Origin: Thalia democratica
Lineage: Eukaryota
Direction: 5' to 3'
DNA: 64,000 bases
Assembly (NCBI GenBank): GCA_965202585.1
Contig: OZ241827.1
Location: 60,946,001-61,010,000 of the forward strand
Part shown: in pieces, positions 13,696 through 25,637 of the stretch
How positions within the stretch are numbered: position 1 is the first letter of the stretch
Layout: every line of letters begins with the position of its first letter
Program-made: the position numbers and the translations under genes
The notes under the pieces: generated by a model
What the model saw: the letters and a program-made list of their open reading frames with translations, nothing else
Databases searched by the model: none
Told to the model about the DNA's origin: nothing

Positions 13696-15504
13696 CACTT
13701 AAAAAAGTCTATCATGATTTAATTTTTTTCTTTTAGTTTTTGTTGTTTCTAAATACCTTTAGTTTACTTAGAGAAAATAATTTATTTTAAAAAACTAAGT
13801 TCTTATTAAGAAATATTTTAGTAGAAGCACATGAAACTTTATTTTTTGCATGTAAGTTTGTTTATTATAAAAAACAGCTATTTTATGTTGTCAGTAATAA
13901 CAACAACTTGTAAGTTGCAATTTACCACAACCAAGTCTCATTAGTATTTTCTAGTTTATAACCTTTTCCTATATAAATTTTAAAAAAAACTACTGTCTGC
14001 TAATGTAAAAAAATTTAAATCTACATACACAGTTACTTTAACTTTTATTTAATCATTTTGCTAAATTTAGTTATTGTTAATTAATTTTAAGTCAAATGTT
14101 ATAATACTTATTCAAATAAATTTTTCATGACTTCAAAAAACTTTTTTTATGTAAACAAACATGATAATTTTTTTATCTATCCAACTAAAAAACCAAGCCC
14201 TAAACAAAAATGTTATTCAAAAGTTCAACCAACTGAAGATCATCCTGACACTGATTCCAGAATTGCACCTTGACTATCAGAATTCACTGGATCCAAACTA
14301 TTCCAGGACTGTCCACATTAAAAGTCGAGAATTTACCTGAAATTTCATGAAAAGAACAATCGTTACTTGCAGCATTTTATTTGTCAAAAATAATTTAAAC
14401 TTTTTGACCAAGTTTAGTATACCAGAAATCTTTATATGACAAATATATTATAGCAAATGTTTTTGTTCAGGGCATAGGGAAGATAAGGAACTTATTAATT
14501 AGTTTATCTCATTCACAGATTTTAAATTAAGCTTACAATAAATATTAAAATCAAAAAAAAGTTCATAAGGTGATATGATCAAAGTTGTAGTTTAATTATG
14601 GTCAAAGAAAACCTTAAATTTATAAACTTATCTTTGCCAACCTTTTAAAATATCCATAAAAACAAGTTGATTCATTTTAGTAAATATTACTTTCTAGAAA
14701 CTGAAAAAATAATTTTTTAACTACTGCAATATAATCTTAACTTCAAAGTTTTTAACAGAAGTAAATGCTATTTCATGATCACCATATGGCCAGTCTATTT
14801 AATCTAATTAATGTTTAATAATATTTGATTTTTTTTAAATAGTTAATAAACTGTTGTTAAATTTAATATATGTTATAAAATATTTTATGTATTAAACTGG
14901 ATAATTTTCCTAATTACTGTAGTGATAAGACTCATCTAATATTCTTATAACTTCTCCTTATTTAGGCAAAATTTTAGATATTTAAACTGTTTATGAATTC
15001 TATGATTTTACTAATCAATCAAAAACATTTAACCTTTTCCATTTTCTGAGATTTGACCTTTTATAGTTTTCTTTCATAGTTTGCTTTATTTGAAAATAAG
15101 CTTTTCGTGTTGATGCTATTAGTAACACAAAATTCTACTAAAATTTTCATAATTACAATTTTTTTATTAATAACAGCATCAGCAAAATCTTTTAACAAAA
15201 CTTTCATTAAAACCATTTTGCATAAAAGAAAAACTTTCAAGAATTTTTTTACATTGATATTTTAAGAACTTTTAAAATCTAAGTTTTATTATATTAGCTT
15301 GACATAAAAAAGCATCTTTACCTTTTTTTAAATTTAATTTCTCCAGTAAAACTTTTATCAAAAACACAAATTAAACCTATAAAATTTATTGTCTACTCTA
15401 AAAGTGCACAACACTGAAACGTTAAACTATATTTACAATCAATAATCTATATTAGATTCACTTGCTGTTCTTTAAGAACAACAGCCTGATTTATGTAAAG
15501 TCAT

Positions 15505-16944
15505 TTATTTCTTTACTGGATGCCTAACTGCTTTTTGTACATTAACATCAGCACCATCAACATTGTGCGGACCTGAATTCAAACAAATATCAACTGAATC
15601 TCTCTTTTGATAAGTGACAAAACCAAATCCCTTTGAATCGCCTGATGGGTGGGTCATGACAATGTGGTCGAAAATCTCACCAAACCTTGAAAAGTGATCC
15701 CACAAGCTGTCACTGTTGGTGCTCCTTGCCAACCCACCAATGAAAACCTTGTTTTCTTGCTTGTAATCTGATCCTGGACCAGACTTTCTGCCTTGCTGTT
15801 GAGGTCTGCCCATTGGGTTGAAACGGTCTCTTGGACCACCGCGGTTTCTCATTGGTCCTTCTCTCATTGTTGGAGGCGGTGATCTTCTGTTAGAATACCC
15901 ATCATAATCCCTGCTTCTTCTTACTGGAGAATCTCTGTAGTCGTCCATTCTTGACCTTGGCAAATCTGGCTGTTTCTTCACAAGCACGTACTCATAGCCG
16001 TCTCTGTCAGATCTTGGTGGACTTCTGAAGCTCCTAGGTCCATCACCACTGCCATAATGTCTTGGCTCATCATAACCTTGACTTCTTCTGCCATAGTCAC
16101 CTATGCCTGAAATTTTTCTTGGCTCATCATAACCTTGACTTCTTCTGTCATAGTCACCTACGCCAGAAAATTTTCTTGGCTCATCATAACCTTGACTTCT
16201 TCTGCCATAGTCACCTCTATCTGAAGATTGTCTTGGTTCATCATCATACCAACTACCATATGAATCATCATGGAAAGATTCCCTCCTTGGTTCCCTGTTA
16301 GAATGTCTGCCAGCGGGGTAGGGTGCCTGTCTGTTAGGCTGTGGTGGTAAATCTTGTTTTCTACCACATGGACCATAGCCCCTAGCGCTACTCTTGTGTT
16401 TGTTTTGCACAAACTCTGTTACAAAAATTGATTTTTCTCCCATTTTGTGTTGCTTTCTGTCAAGGGCTCTTAATACTGCATCTCTTTCAGAAAACCTAAC
16501 AAAACAAAAGTTTTTAGGTCTATTCATAACTTTGTTAACGGGAATAACGCAGCTAACAACTTTTCCAAACTGAGAAAAGTACATTGAAATAGTTTCTTTT
16601 TCCATGTGTGACCCAAATGGAAACAATACATGAATCTCACAATTATCATTGTTGTTGCCCTTTTTGCCTGCATTAGGCGTACTGGCTTTTTTGACATTGA
16701 CCTCAGCACCGTCAACTACGTGAGGGCACTGATCAAGACAATTCTCCAGTGCACTTACTTTTGAAAAAACTACAAACCCAAACCTTTTGGGTTTGCCAGT
16801 GATTTTATCAAACATAACAATGCTATCACAAATCTGACCAAATTTCTGAAAGTATTTAACAAAGCTCATGTCATCTGTACTATCTGCAAGACCACCTACA
16901 AAAATCTTGCGTGATTGAATGTCTTCATCATATACTAACGTCAT
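15505..16944 (-). CDS. 479-aa RNA-binding protein with three RRMs (Musashi/hnRNP A-D/DAZAP1-like) and an R/G/D/Y/S-rich linker
   Basis: RRM1 has KIFVGGL...KRFGFVVF, RRM2 has KNFCFVRF, and the C-terminal RRM3 has KVFIGGL...KGFGFVTY. The ORF is uninterrupted, with a splice-acceptor-like ttttctttcAG ~30 nt upstream of the ATG (16976-16977). Confidence 0.9.
   Translation of the reverse strand: MTLVYDEDIQSRKIFVGGLADSTDDMSFVKYFQKFGQICDSIVMFDKITGKPKRFGFVVFSKVSALENCLDQCPHVVDGAEVNVKKASTPNAGKKGNNNDNCEIHVLFPFGSHMEKETISMYFSQFGKVVSCVIPVNKVMNRPKNFCFVRFSERDAVLRALDRKQHKMGEKSIFVTEFVQNKHKSSARGYGPCGRKQDLPPQPNRQAPYPAGRHSNREPRRESFHDDSYGSWYDDEPRQSSDRGDYGRRSQGYDEPRKFSGVGDYDRRSQGYDEPRKISGIGDYGRRSQGYDEPRHYGSGDGPRSFRSPPRSDRDGYEYVLVKKQPDLPRSRMDDYRDSPVRRSRDYDGYSNRRSPPPTMREGPMRNRGGPRDRFNPMGRPQQQGRKSGPGSDYKQENKVFIGGLARSTNSDSLWDHFSRFGEIFDHIVMTHPSGDSKGFGFVTYQKRDSVDICLNSGPHNVDGADVNVQKAVRHPVKK
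16061..16245 (-). repeat. 57-bp in-frame tandem repeat (~3.3 units) encoding a 19-aa YDEPRxxSGxGDYxRRSQG unit
   Basis: Unit starts (cttggctcat/cttggttcat) at 16061, 16118, 16175 and 16232. Confidence 0.95.
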
Positions 16945-17682
16945 TTTTTAAATTTTACCTGAATTTATTTTTTACCTGAAAGAAAAATGTAAACTAATAT
17001 TAAGGCTAATATTTCTACTGACTAACAAAACAAGTTTTATTAAATATTTTAAAACTTTACCATGTTTTGTTTGCATAAACTTTACTGTGTATAAGATTTC
17101 CTTATTTTAAACCTAAACAAAATTTATTCCTGGCTCTAAGTTTGTACAAGAAATGTATAAAAAATCAATATTTAGTTCGAAAGCTAATGCAAAAGTAATT
17201 ATCAAAAATTTTGTTTATACAAATATTTACAACATCTTTTAAGTCTTTTGTGATCTTTCTATTTATTAATGAATAAAATGAAGTTACAATTAAATCCAAA
17301 AATTAAATAATGAATCCATTAAACATTGTTTACATGTATATAAACTAAGAATAACACTAAAACAGACAAGTTATTTAATTAACTTGTTTAAACTTATGTT
17401 ACACTGAAAGTATAAAATGGCCACTTAATTTTAATTTAGACAGATACTTGCTTGTTGGTAATTTATTCATTTGATACAAAAATAAAATCTCATAAATCAA
17501 CTAAAGGTTGCACTCAAGAGTGAATTTTTTTTCAGAAGTGTGGATGTTGGATAAATAGAAATTAGTGTCCAGATTGCAGACACATACAAAATCATGACTG
17601 ATTGAAATTGGTGCTTTTAACACTTGTGTTTTATTTTTCAGTACAACTGTTTCAAACTAATATGTTCCACAAAACACTTAGA

Positions 17683-17989
17683 CAGTGTTGACACACTTTG
17701 AGGTAGAAATTCCAGGCCGAGTTATAACAAGCTAGCCTGAGTTAATGAGAACATTGAAAACAATATAAGCCTAAAACTAAAAAAATACTGCTAATCAAGC
17801 TTAAATTATTATAACTATCAAAACAGCACATCTTCTAAGAAAAACATGATTTTAAGTCAAAACTAGCCAAGAGACTTAAGAAAAATATTCAAACTAGCCT
17901 GAGTTTTGTTAAAAAAATTCATAAGCTTGAGTTGGCTTGAGTTTTTTTTAATTATACTAGTCTGAGTAATGCTTAGTGTAGCAACACTG
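17683..17989. mobile_element. hAT-like non-autonomous element with internal tagcctgagtt repeats
   Basis: Ends cagtgttgacacact / agtgtagcaacactg. The ttagcctgagtt motif recurs near 49220, 60535 and 62295-62350. No clear TSD. Confidence 0.55.
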
Positions 17990-18707
17990 TTATTAGTAGA
18001 TAAATCTGACAAATAAAGTCTTTTAAGTAAATATAAAAAATTTTATTGAAAATAATGTCCACCTCTATTCTATCACACTATCTTATTAAATTTACCTTAT
18101 TACAACTTTATTATTAAAGTAGACACTACGACATTTTGTATGGCTGTAGTGGTGTCCAATACTAAAATTAGTTCTTACACGGTTTTATAAAAGGTTAAGC
18201 AGTGTTACATATATAACACTGCTTGTATGTACAATAATACAATTATACTCAGTATTACCAGTTAATTTTGACTTAAACTTAGCTTAGAGAAATTCAAAAC
18301 TAAAAAATGGTATGACAGCCTAAAGAGTAAAACTAACTCCCACTGTTTGAGTGCTTAAAATAGTTTCTTTAGAAACTTTGAGCATATTGAAGATTTTTAT
18401 TTTGTTTAGCATTTGATATTTACACTAAAAAATAATCTATTTTTTTATGTTTTTAGCTAAAAAAGCTGAATTTACTTTAAAGACTTAATTCATATTTTGA
18501 ATTAGGACACACTCTAAAAATAGATAAGTTTAAACAATAGGTTTTGATTTTTCAATTAAGAAAGAAAGTAAATGGAAATTAAACAAAAATGTATTAAATG
18601 ACAAAATATTTTCCATAAAATTTTAAAATTATTTTAAGATAAATCAACAACTGTAAAAACTTGAAGATTGCTAAAAATATGTAGAAGATAAATTTAGTGA
18701 AATAGTT

Positions 18708-19461
18708 TTTTTTGTTTTGTCTTTAATTGTAAATTTAAACATTAAGTTTTTATAAATTAAGGGCATATGGGGGTTAACACTTATTTCACAATTTGATCTT
18801 ATTTTATATAGTTTTTACTAAGCTACACGATGTTTTTTCCAGATTAAAAAATTCAAAATAGTTTTCAAGATATAGCTGGTCAAAGTCAGAGGCAACAATA
18901 GGTTCCTTATGGGAGGCCCAAACTAAAACAGCAAATAACTAGAAATCACTGAAAATCTATCTCCTACGTTTTTTGAGACAACTACCTTAAATTTTCAGGA
19001 AATGTTCCTTGAATTATTTAGAAAATTCTGTCAGAACAAAAATATAAACACTATATTAAAAAAAACTATTTTTTGTTTTTTTTTATATAAGTTTTTTAAA
19101 TTAATATGCATTAATAATTAAAAAAAATTCTTTTTGACAGAATTTACTAAATATTGCAAGAACATTTCCTAAAAATTTCAGGTAGTTATCTCAAAAAACA
19201 TAGGAGGAAATAGATTTTTAGTGATTTCTAGTTATTTGCCGTTTTAGTTAGGGCCTCCCATAAGGAACCTATTGTTGCCTCTGACTTTGACCGGCTATAT
19301 TTCAAAAACTATTTTGAATTTTTTAATCTGAAAAAAGCATCTTGTAGCTTAGTAATATCTATACAAAATAATATCAAATTGTGAAATAAGTGTTAACCCC
19401 CTATGCCCATAATTTATAAAAACTTAATGTTTAAATTTACAATTAAAGACAAAACAAAAAA
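18708..19461. repeat. ~750-bp near-perfect palindrome built from a Kolobok-type element end plus inverted flanks
   Basis: Arms 18708-~19040 and ~19128-19461 are reverse complements. The core element 18761-19408 starts GGGCATATGGGGG and ends CCCCCTATGCCC, flanked by ttaa/ataa. Confidence 0.9.
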
Positions 19462-19599
19462 ATTCCGCTTTTTTTGAAAAATATCAAAATCTATTAAACA
19501 AAACAATTGAATGTTCAAAGAGACTCTATCATAAACAAGTACTTAAAAAGAATAAAGAAGATTATGGAAAATTGTGAATAATGTTGTTTTAATGAAATA

Positions 19600-20176
19600 T
19601 ACCTCTAGTTGTAGAATTAAAGATGTGCTTGATGAGTGTGGAAAAATTGTGAATGACCCAAAATGGTAGGCAATCTAATGAACAATTTTTTTTTAATATT
19701 GCTGACAAATTGTTAGAAGAGAAAAAATATGTTGTTGGTGTTAAGAATGATGAGTACTGTTCTGACTCAGTAAAAATGATTTTGTCTTTAATGAAATTTC
19801 TGATAGAAAGATTCAGAATTATATCAAAATTATAAACCCAAGTAAAAGTGTGTGTTCTGATGCCCCTAGTAATTGTTTTGTGAAGCTTAGTGCAAAAAAT
19901 AATTTGTCCTTATCTTTCTAAATTATATTCGAGTATGATATGTTTCCTGAATCTTTTAAATTTGCTGAGGTAATCCCAATATATAAATCTGTTAAAAAAA
20001 ATATATTAATAATTACTGACCTATTTCTCTTTTTTCCCAATTTTTTTAATTTTTTGAGTTTTTAGCGGTTGAGAGATTAAAAAAATTATTTTTGTTGAAT
20101 GAGGTAGTACATGAGACCAATATGGGTTTAGAGAAAATAGAACAACTAAACTAACTGTAATCAGATCTTTAATGAG
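19600..20176 (+). mobile_element. Degenerate L2/CR1-type LINE RT fragment
   Basis: Broken frames give KLSAKIICPYLSKL..., MFPESFKFAEVIPIYKS...NY*PISL and QYGFRENRTT. Interrupted by the 20181-20872 element. Confidence 0.75.
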
Positions 20177-20180
20177 TTAA

Positions 20181-20872
20181 GGCCATAGGGGGGGGTCCAA
20201 CATTTTTTTTTACTTAAATTAACTTTGGCTTTTATATGAAAGCTTAAAGTACAAACTATAAGCCAGTTTTTATAGAATTCAAAAATATCATTTAACTTTT
20301 AAGATATTTAACTTTTTGTAAAAATTTTCCAATATAAACGTATGGACCGCAAATTTTTCGGGGTCAATTTTCTTGAAAATTTTAAAATTCACTAAAAACC
20401 TATCTCCTCCTTCATTTTTTGACCTAGAGACTTCAAATTTTCAGGAAATGTTCCTTTTAATACTTTAAAGAGATCTATTGTTGGAATTTTTGAAATTTTG
20501 AAAAACAAAAATTTTATCCACAAAAAACTAAAAAAAAGGGTAGTTTTTTGACAATAATTTTTTTTTTACTCAAAATTAAAAAAATTCCTACAATAGATCT
20601 CTTTAAAGTTTAATGATACACATTCTGTAAAAATTTGAGAAAGATTACTCAAAAAATGAAGGAGGAGATAGATTTTTAGTGAAATAGTCTTTTTTCGCAT
20701 TTTTAGTTTTTGCCTTCCATAAGGAACCTATTGAATGCCCTTTCTTTGATCGCTTATATCTCAAAAATTACTTCGAGTTTTTTTAAGCAGTTAAAAGTGT
20801 CTGATAGCTCAGATTAAATTCTACAAAATAAGATCAAGTTGTAAAAAACAAAGTGGACCCCCCCCTATGGCC
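20181..20872. mobile_element. Kolobok-type non-autonomous DNA transposon
   Basis: TIRs GGCCATAGGGGGGG..TCCA / TGGA..CCCCCCCTATGGCC flanked by TTAA on both sides (20177-20180, 20873-20876). Purine-purine termini with a TTAA TSD fit Kolobok rather than piggyBac (CCC termini). Confidence 0.8.
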
Positions 20873-21453
20873 TTAATTAAGGCTAATGAGAAAAAATTGA
20901 TAAATTCTAAACATTTTAAATAAAATATTTAATAAATGATTTTTATAAATTATTGAAATAAATTATACTTACTGTTAATTTATTTTGATGTTATCTTTTT
21001 TAGTACTGTGTTAGATTAAATATAGTTCATTTCATTATTATTAGAAATTAGTTGTAAAAGTATGACATTAATACAAATCTATTATTATTTATATTTTTAT
21101 TATTTTTTGAGTTTTATGTCAAGCTAATACTAAAAAATTTATAAGATACTTGTTGTTTTATTGATTTTATTATTGATACACATATTTTTTACATAATTGC
21201 AGTACTACTATATTATAAATATTTTTTAAAGAACTTAATACATTCAATTAGATATTGGTTTATTTGAGTTTGCAATAGCTGATTATGAGTTCACATTGGT
21301 GGCAGTGATCACATGATTGGATTGTTGATGTAGCGTGGCAGATACTTGCTTGAGGATTTGAGCTTCATGATTTTCCCACACTTTGTATTTTTAAAGTTGA
21401 GATTTTAACCTTGTGAGTGATTGCCAAATGATGTGTCACCAAGGAAATTTTGA

Positions 21454-21887
21454 TAATTACCTAGGATAATGTCCCACCAATATCAAATTGATAATATATT
21501 ATATTTGATGTCTTCCTTAAACATATTTTTCAGCTAAAAGTTTATATTTAAAAAACACATTAATAAAATTCAACTTATTTATCATAAACTAATAAAACTT
21601 TAATATTTAATCGCTTTTATTTGACAATATAAAGCAATTATATCAATACAATAATTTATATTGATTATGATATTGTAAAATAAAGTTGATTAAATATTTT
21701 AGTCTATCATAAATAAATTTAATTCTTACTATGTATGTATTTATATAGCTTGCTTAGAACAAAATATCTTTAGATTAAACATATTAGCCATAAACATTGA
21801 TTTTTAGCCTATAATTATGACTAAAAAAGAAATCAATTAAAATGTATTTTCAGTTTGATATTGGTGCAACATCATCCTAGGTAATTA
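21454..21887. mobile_element. MITE with ~35-40-bp TIRs
   Basis: taattacctaggataatgtcccaccaatatcaaa (21454) and its reverse complement tttgatattggtgcaacatcatcctaggtaatta (ending 21887). Confidence 0.7.
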
Positions 21888-23843
21888 CTGGAATTTTTTC
21901 AGTTAAATAGATAGATTTTCATTATTTTATTTTCTTAGTTTGTTTAGTGTTAACTTTCAAGGAGGAGGTAGAATTACAGGTGTTGACAAATTGCTTGCTA
22001 GACCTTCAAAAAACGTTTATCGTTGTAGAGGGAAGAGTAGGTCTGATGTTTATTTACCAAAAAAAAATAACTCATTTGAAATGTCATTTACACTCTTACA
22101 CTATGATTTTTTTTAAACAATAATTGCACAACAAAAAAACAACAGATTGTTTATAATACTTTAGTATAAAACTAAAATTGAAAATTAAGTTGGATTTTAA
22201 ATGTAGAAAACTTTAATAAAATATTTTAAAAACTCAGAATGAACCATTACTTTTATTTGAAATGTTATAAAGTAGAACACACAAATAATACAGTAGTAAT
22301 AAAAATATATTCTTATATAATTTTAGTTAATCATATTTACTTTTATAATTTCTTGAGCTGTGATCCCACTCTTTATGGAAAATTTTCTCATGAAGTATTA
22401 TAGTTTTTCATGATTATCAGAAGTGAAGCATCCCATTCTATTTCTTCTCAAAAGTCTTCTTATATAAACTTAATTACGATTTTAAAAAAGCCATTTTATT
22501 ATTAGTAAGGTCGGGTCGGCTGCAAATGTAAGGTTTTGATTTTTTTCATTCATAACATAATATTATGCAAATGAGGTAAAGTGATAATATACCAGTATAT
22601 TAAGAACATATATGCCCTTATCTACCCACCTTACCAAAATATACAAAATAGACCAAAAAAAAAATTATTATTATTATTATTTTATTATTCAAAATACATA
22701 TAAGTAAAATATAAGCCAATCAAAAGCGACCTTGGACCTGCAGCCGGCGAGTTTCTAAATGATTCTTTTTGGCAACTCTTAATTTAATCCATCTAATCTA
22801 AATGAATAGCATAATTTGTACTTTCATCAATAGTAGTACATAAGATTAAAAATAAAATCAAATTAAAAAAATATATTTCATAACTTAAATATATTATAAC
22901 ACCCCTTCATAACTTTTTATAAGAGGTACAGTTATTTTTTTGTACCGCAATGCTGTATTCAGCTTTTAACTGAATTTAATTCAAAATTAGACGTAGACTT
23001 TCTATACTTTAACGTTATTTTGATAGGTTCAGTAATACATCTCAATCTCAAATACGATTGACTAAAATGTGATTGTTTTTTATTTTAAGTTTAATTAATT
23101 TTCAAGTTTCATAAAGTCCACTTAAATTACTATTTGTTTCATTTTAGGTTTAGGTAGTTTAGCTGAGTAAGGGTTTATAGTAGACTAGAAAACTTAGATA
23201 AAACAAGTTAAGGATAGCGGTTTAAATGTTAGAACTGTACTGCTGCTGTATTTTACTGTTTTTCATTTGCATAAAAAAAATGATTAAAAAATTTCAAACC
23301 AGTACTACTGCAACTAAAACTGACCCAAATATAAACCGTTTTTATTTTTTCTCCTAACTTTTTTTTTATGAATTTACTAAGCTTTAAACTTAAGAAAAAA
23401 TAAAAACAAAATAAACACGCTTGATTGAACAACTACAATTAGTGAAATCGTTTTTCTGAAAAGTATGCTTTTAATCATAAGTGCCAGAATTTTTTTCTTT
23501 TAATTAATTAATACGTTTATCTCAACCTAGCGCGGTAAAGCAAAGATGCCATCATTTGTTATAACTAATAATTAAATTATTCAAGTTGTTTAATCAACTA
23601 AGTTGGTTTTACCGCTGCTGCTAACGTCACAACAACCAAGAAGAAAAACTATTTCTTTAAAAAATATGTCGGAAAAAAAATTCTACCGAGTGATTTATCG
23701 TTAGTTCAAAGCTTTGAAAATAACGTAAACAATTATTTAATTATATCTTCGTAACTACAAGTTAAAGGTAATACTAAACAAAACTCGTTTCAACAAGTAA
23801 GTTCACAGCTATCTAATACTCAAAAAATTTCATTCGTTTAATA

Positions 23844-24134
23844 CAGCGGTTCTTAACCTTTTTTTCACGTTTTCCCCATTTTGGAAGGTAATTACCCCCA
23901 ATCTAAATAATAGTGTTTAACTTTGAGGAAAAAAAAAACTAGATATTTTAAGTTTTAAGCTTATTAAATATTAAAAGTCATGTAATTAAAAGATTTTGTT
24001 TAAGTTTAAAAAAATTACATTTAAAACTAACTTTTAAATTAAAAAGCGATTTATAAACATTAGTTTACACAACTTGTAATAAAGAAAATTTGCCCCTAAA
24101 ACAAGGGAATTTACTTCCAGGTTAAAAATCACTG
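23844..24134. mobile_element. hAT MITE
   Basis: TIRs cagcggttcttaacct / aggttaaaaatcactg, with a perfect 8-bp TSD gtttaata (23836-23843, 24135-24142). Confidence 0.9.
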
Positions 24135-25009
24135 GTTTAATAGACTACCAACATTATTTTTAATATTGATTCAACTTTTTTCCGGAACTTATCGCGTATT
24201 TTACTCAGTGTTTATACCTTTTTTAATTTGTGTAGCTCGTAGTATACCTTGTCAATATCTTCCACTGTAGTTACTTGAATTTTATAATATATATACAGTT
24301 ATACATTATTATACTTTATAGATAACTTACTCTCTAGTAACTAGTTCCAGTAGTTCAATAATATAGTCTGAAGAGTTCTATTAATTCAAAATATTTCAAA
24401 GAAAAATGTGCTAAAATTTATTTCTTATCTACTAAAGCTAGAGGTTTAAAAAAATTTAGACAAATAAAGTTTTGAACTTTCAAAATACTGATACTATTAT
24501 TTAAATAATAAATGTTATAAATATTTTAAAATATTTAAATGTTTGATTTAAGGGGTTGCTTTTTAATAATTAAAACTTCCACACAGGTATTTAAACTACC
24601 ATTTTTGTTAGGTATAAGTTATGACTATTGACCATCTATAAAACCAAGGTTTATATATTATTAATGATTTTCATTGTATTTTAGTATAGGTTTGTATTGT
24701 TGTTACATTGCTAACATTTAAAAAAATAACTTACCAATATAATTCATTTTAGTTATCTAAATATAAATAAAAATTTTAATATAAACATTTTTATTGTTTT
24801 GAAAATTCAAGAAATATTTTTTACAAATTTAATTTTACCATAATAGTTTATATGTATTAGCAGTTATTCAAAATATACTTTTTTTAAAGAAGACCCGAAC
24901 ACATTAAATGATTTTAAATAAATGTTTTTCATTAAACGTTTTAAATATTCCTTTACCTAATTTCAAAAGTAATAGTTAAAGTTTACAAATTGAATTTTTG
25001 AACGAATAA

Positions 25010-25110
25010 AAAGCGCTAAAAATTTGGTCCAAGGACCTGGTGTACGAAGTCATACACAAGGATACAGTTTAAAGTCATAACCAAGACAATATGAACCTAA
25101 TGACATAAAA
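25010..25110 (+). repeat. Short dispersed repeat family (possible LINE/SINE tail)
   Basis: aaaagcgctaaaaatttggtccaaggacctggtgtac recurs at ~51595-51640 (+) and ~4765-4815 (-). Confidence 0.55.
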
Positions 25111-25637
25111 ACAAAAATATCACTATAGATTTTTTAATAAAACAATGTTTCACTCAGCTTATCGACGAGATTATTGAGATCCTAAATTACAATTAAGTTT
25201 TTATTTAAATATAAAAATCGAACAGAATTCTATTTGAATAAAAATTTGATTGTAGTAAAAGATCTTTTTTATCTCATTTAGTAACTGAGAAAAAATTTAA
25301 AAAAAATTATGAAATAATAAAGTTGTAGCACGTTAAGATAAAATGCGCATTGTTTTTGAGGCATATAACTAAAACTGAAAAACAATATTAGATGTCTTTA
25401 TTAGCAAATTTTTCCTATGAATAGTTTCAATTGCTTGTTTTAAAGCTTTTGAACATAAAATATATAGTAGTACTACTTGTATTTATTTTTTGTTTTTATT
25501 TCATGCACTGGATGTTTACAGTTGGTTTCAATTTTTATTTAAGTTGTTGTCGTCGTGATCAAAAAATTTAAATTTCACAGAAAATTACCAGTATTTATTA
25601 ACAAAAAAAAAGTTGCAAGAAAAAGGCATGAAAAACA

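Larger units (their letters stand above)
12985..13700 (-). mobile_element. Penelope-like element 3' relic with an inverted partial pseudo-LTR
   Basis: Minus-strand broken frames give WEVIKRAQPI...CRLYLKESTAVMYALKKEGCYKSSEFISACRHLKKFLLK, homologous to the C-terminus of the 52.8-kb ORF (WKILRQ...CSICNLERLFI...KRNELVTQCPH). It is bracketed by ~130-bp inverted repeats (13030-13160 vs 13575-13700) that carry the hammerhead sequence. Confidence 0.7.

Noticed and set aside
25227-25241. ATTCTATTTGAATAA, a 15/16 match to the Ciona-type spliced leader as I recall it (ATTCTATTTGAATAAG)
   Set aside because: Lacks the terminal G, the following GT donor and Sm site, and any downstream ORF. An AT-rich 15-mer can occur by chance, so it is not called an SL RNA gene or a retrocopy.
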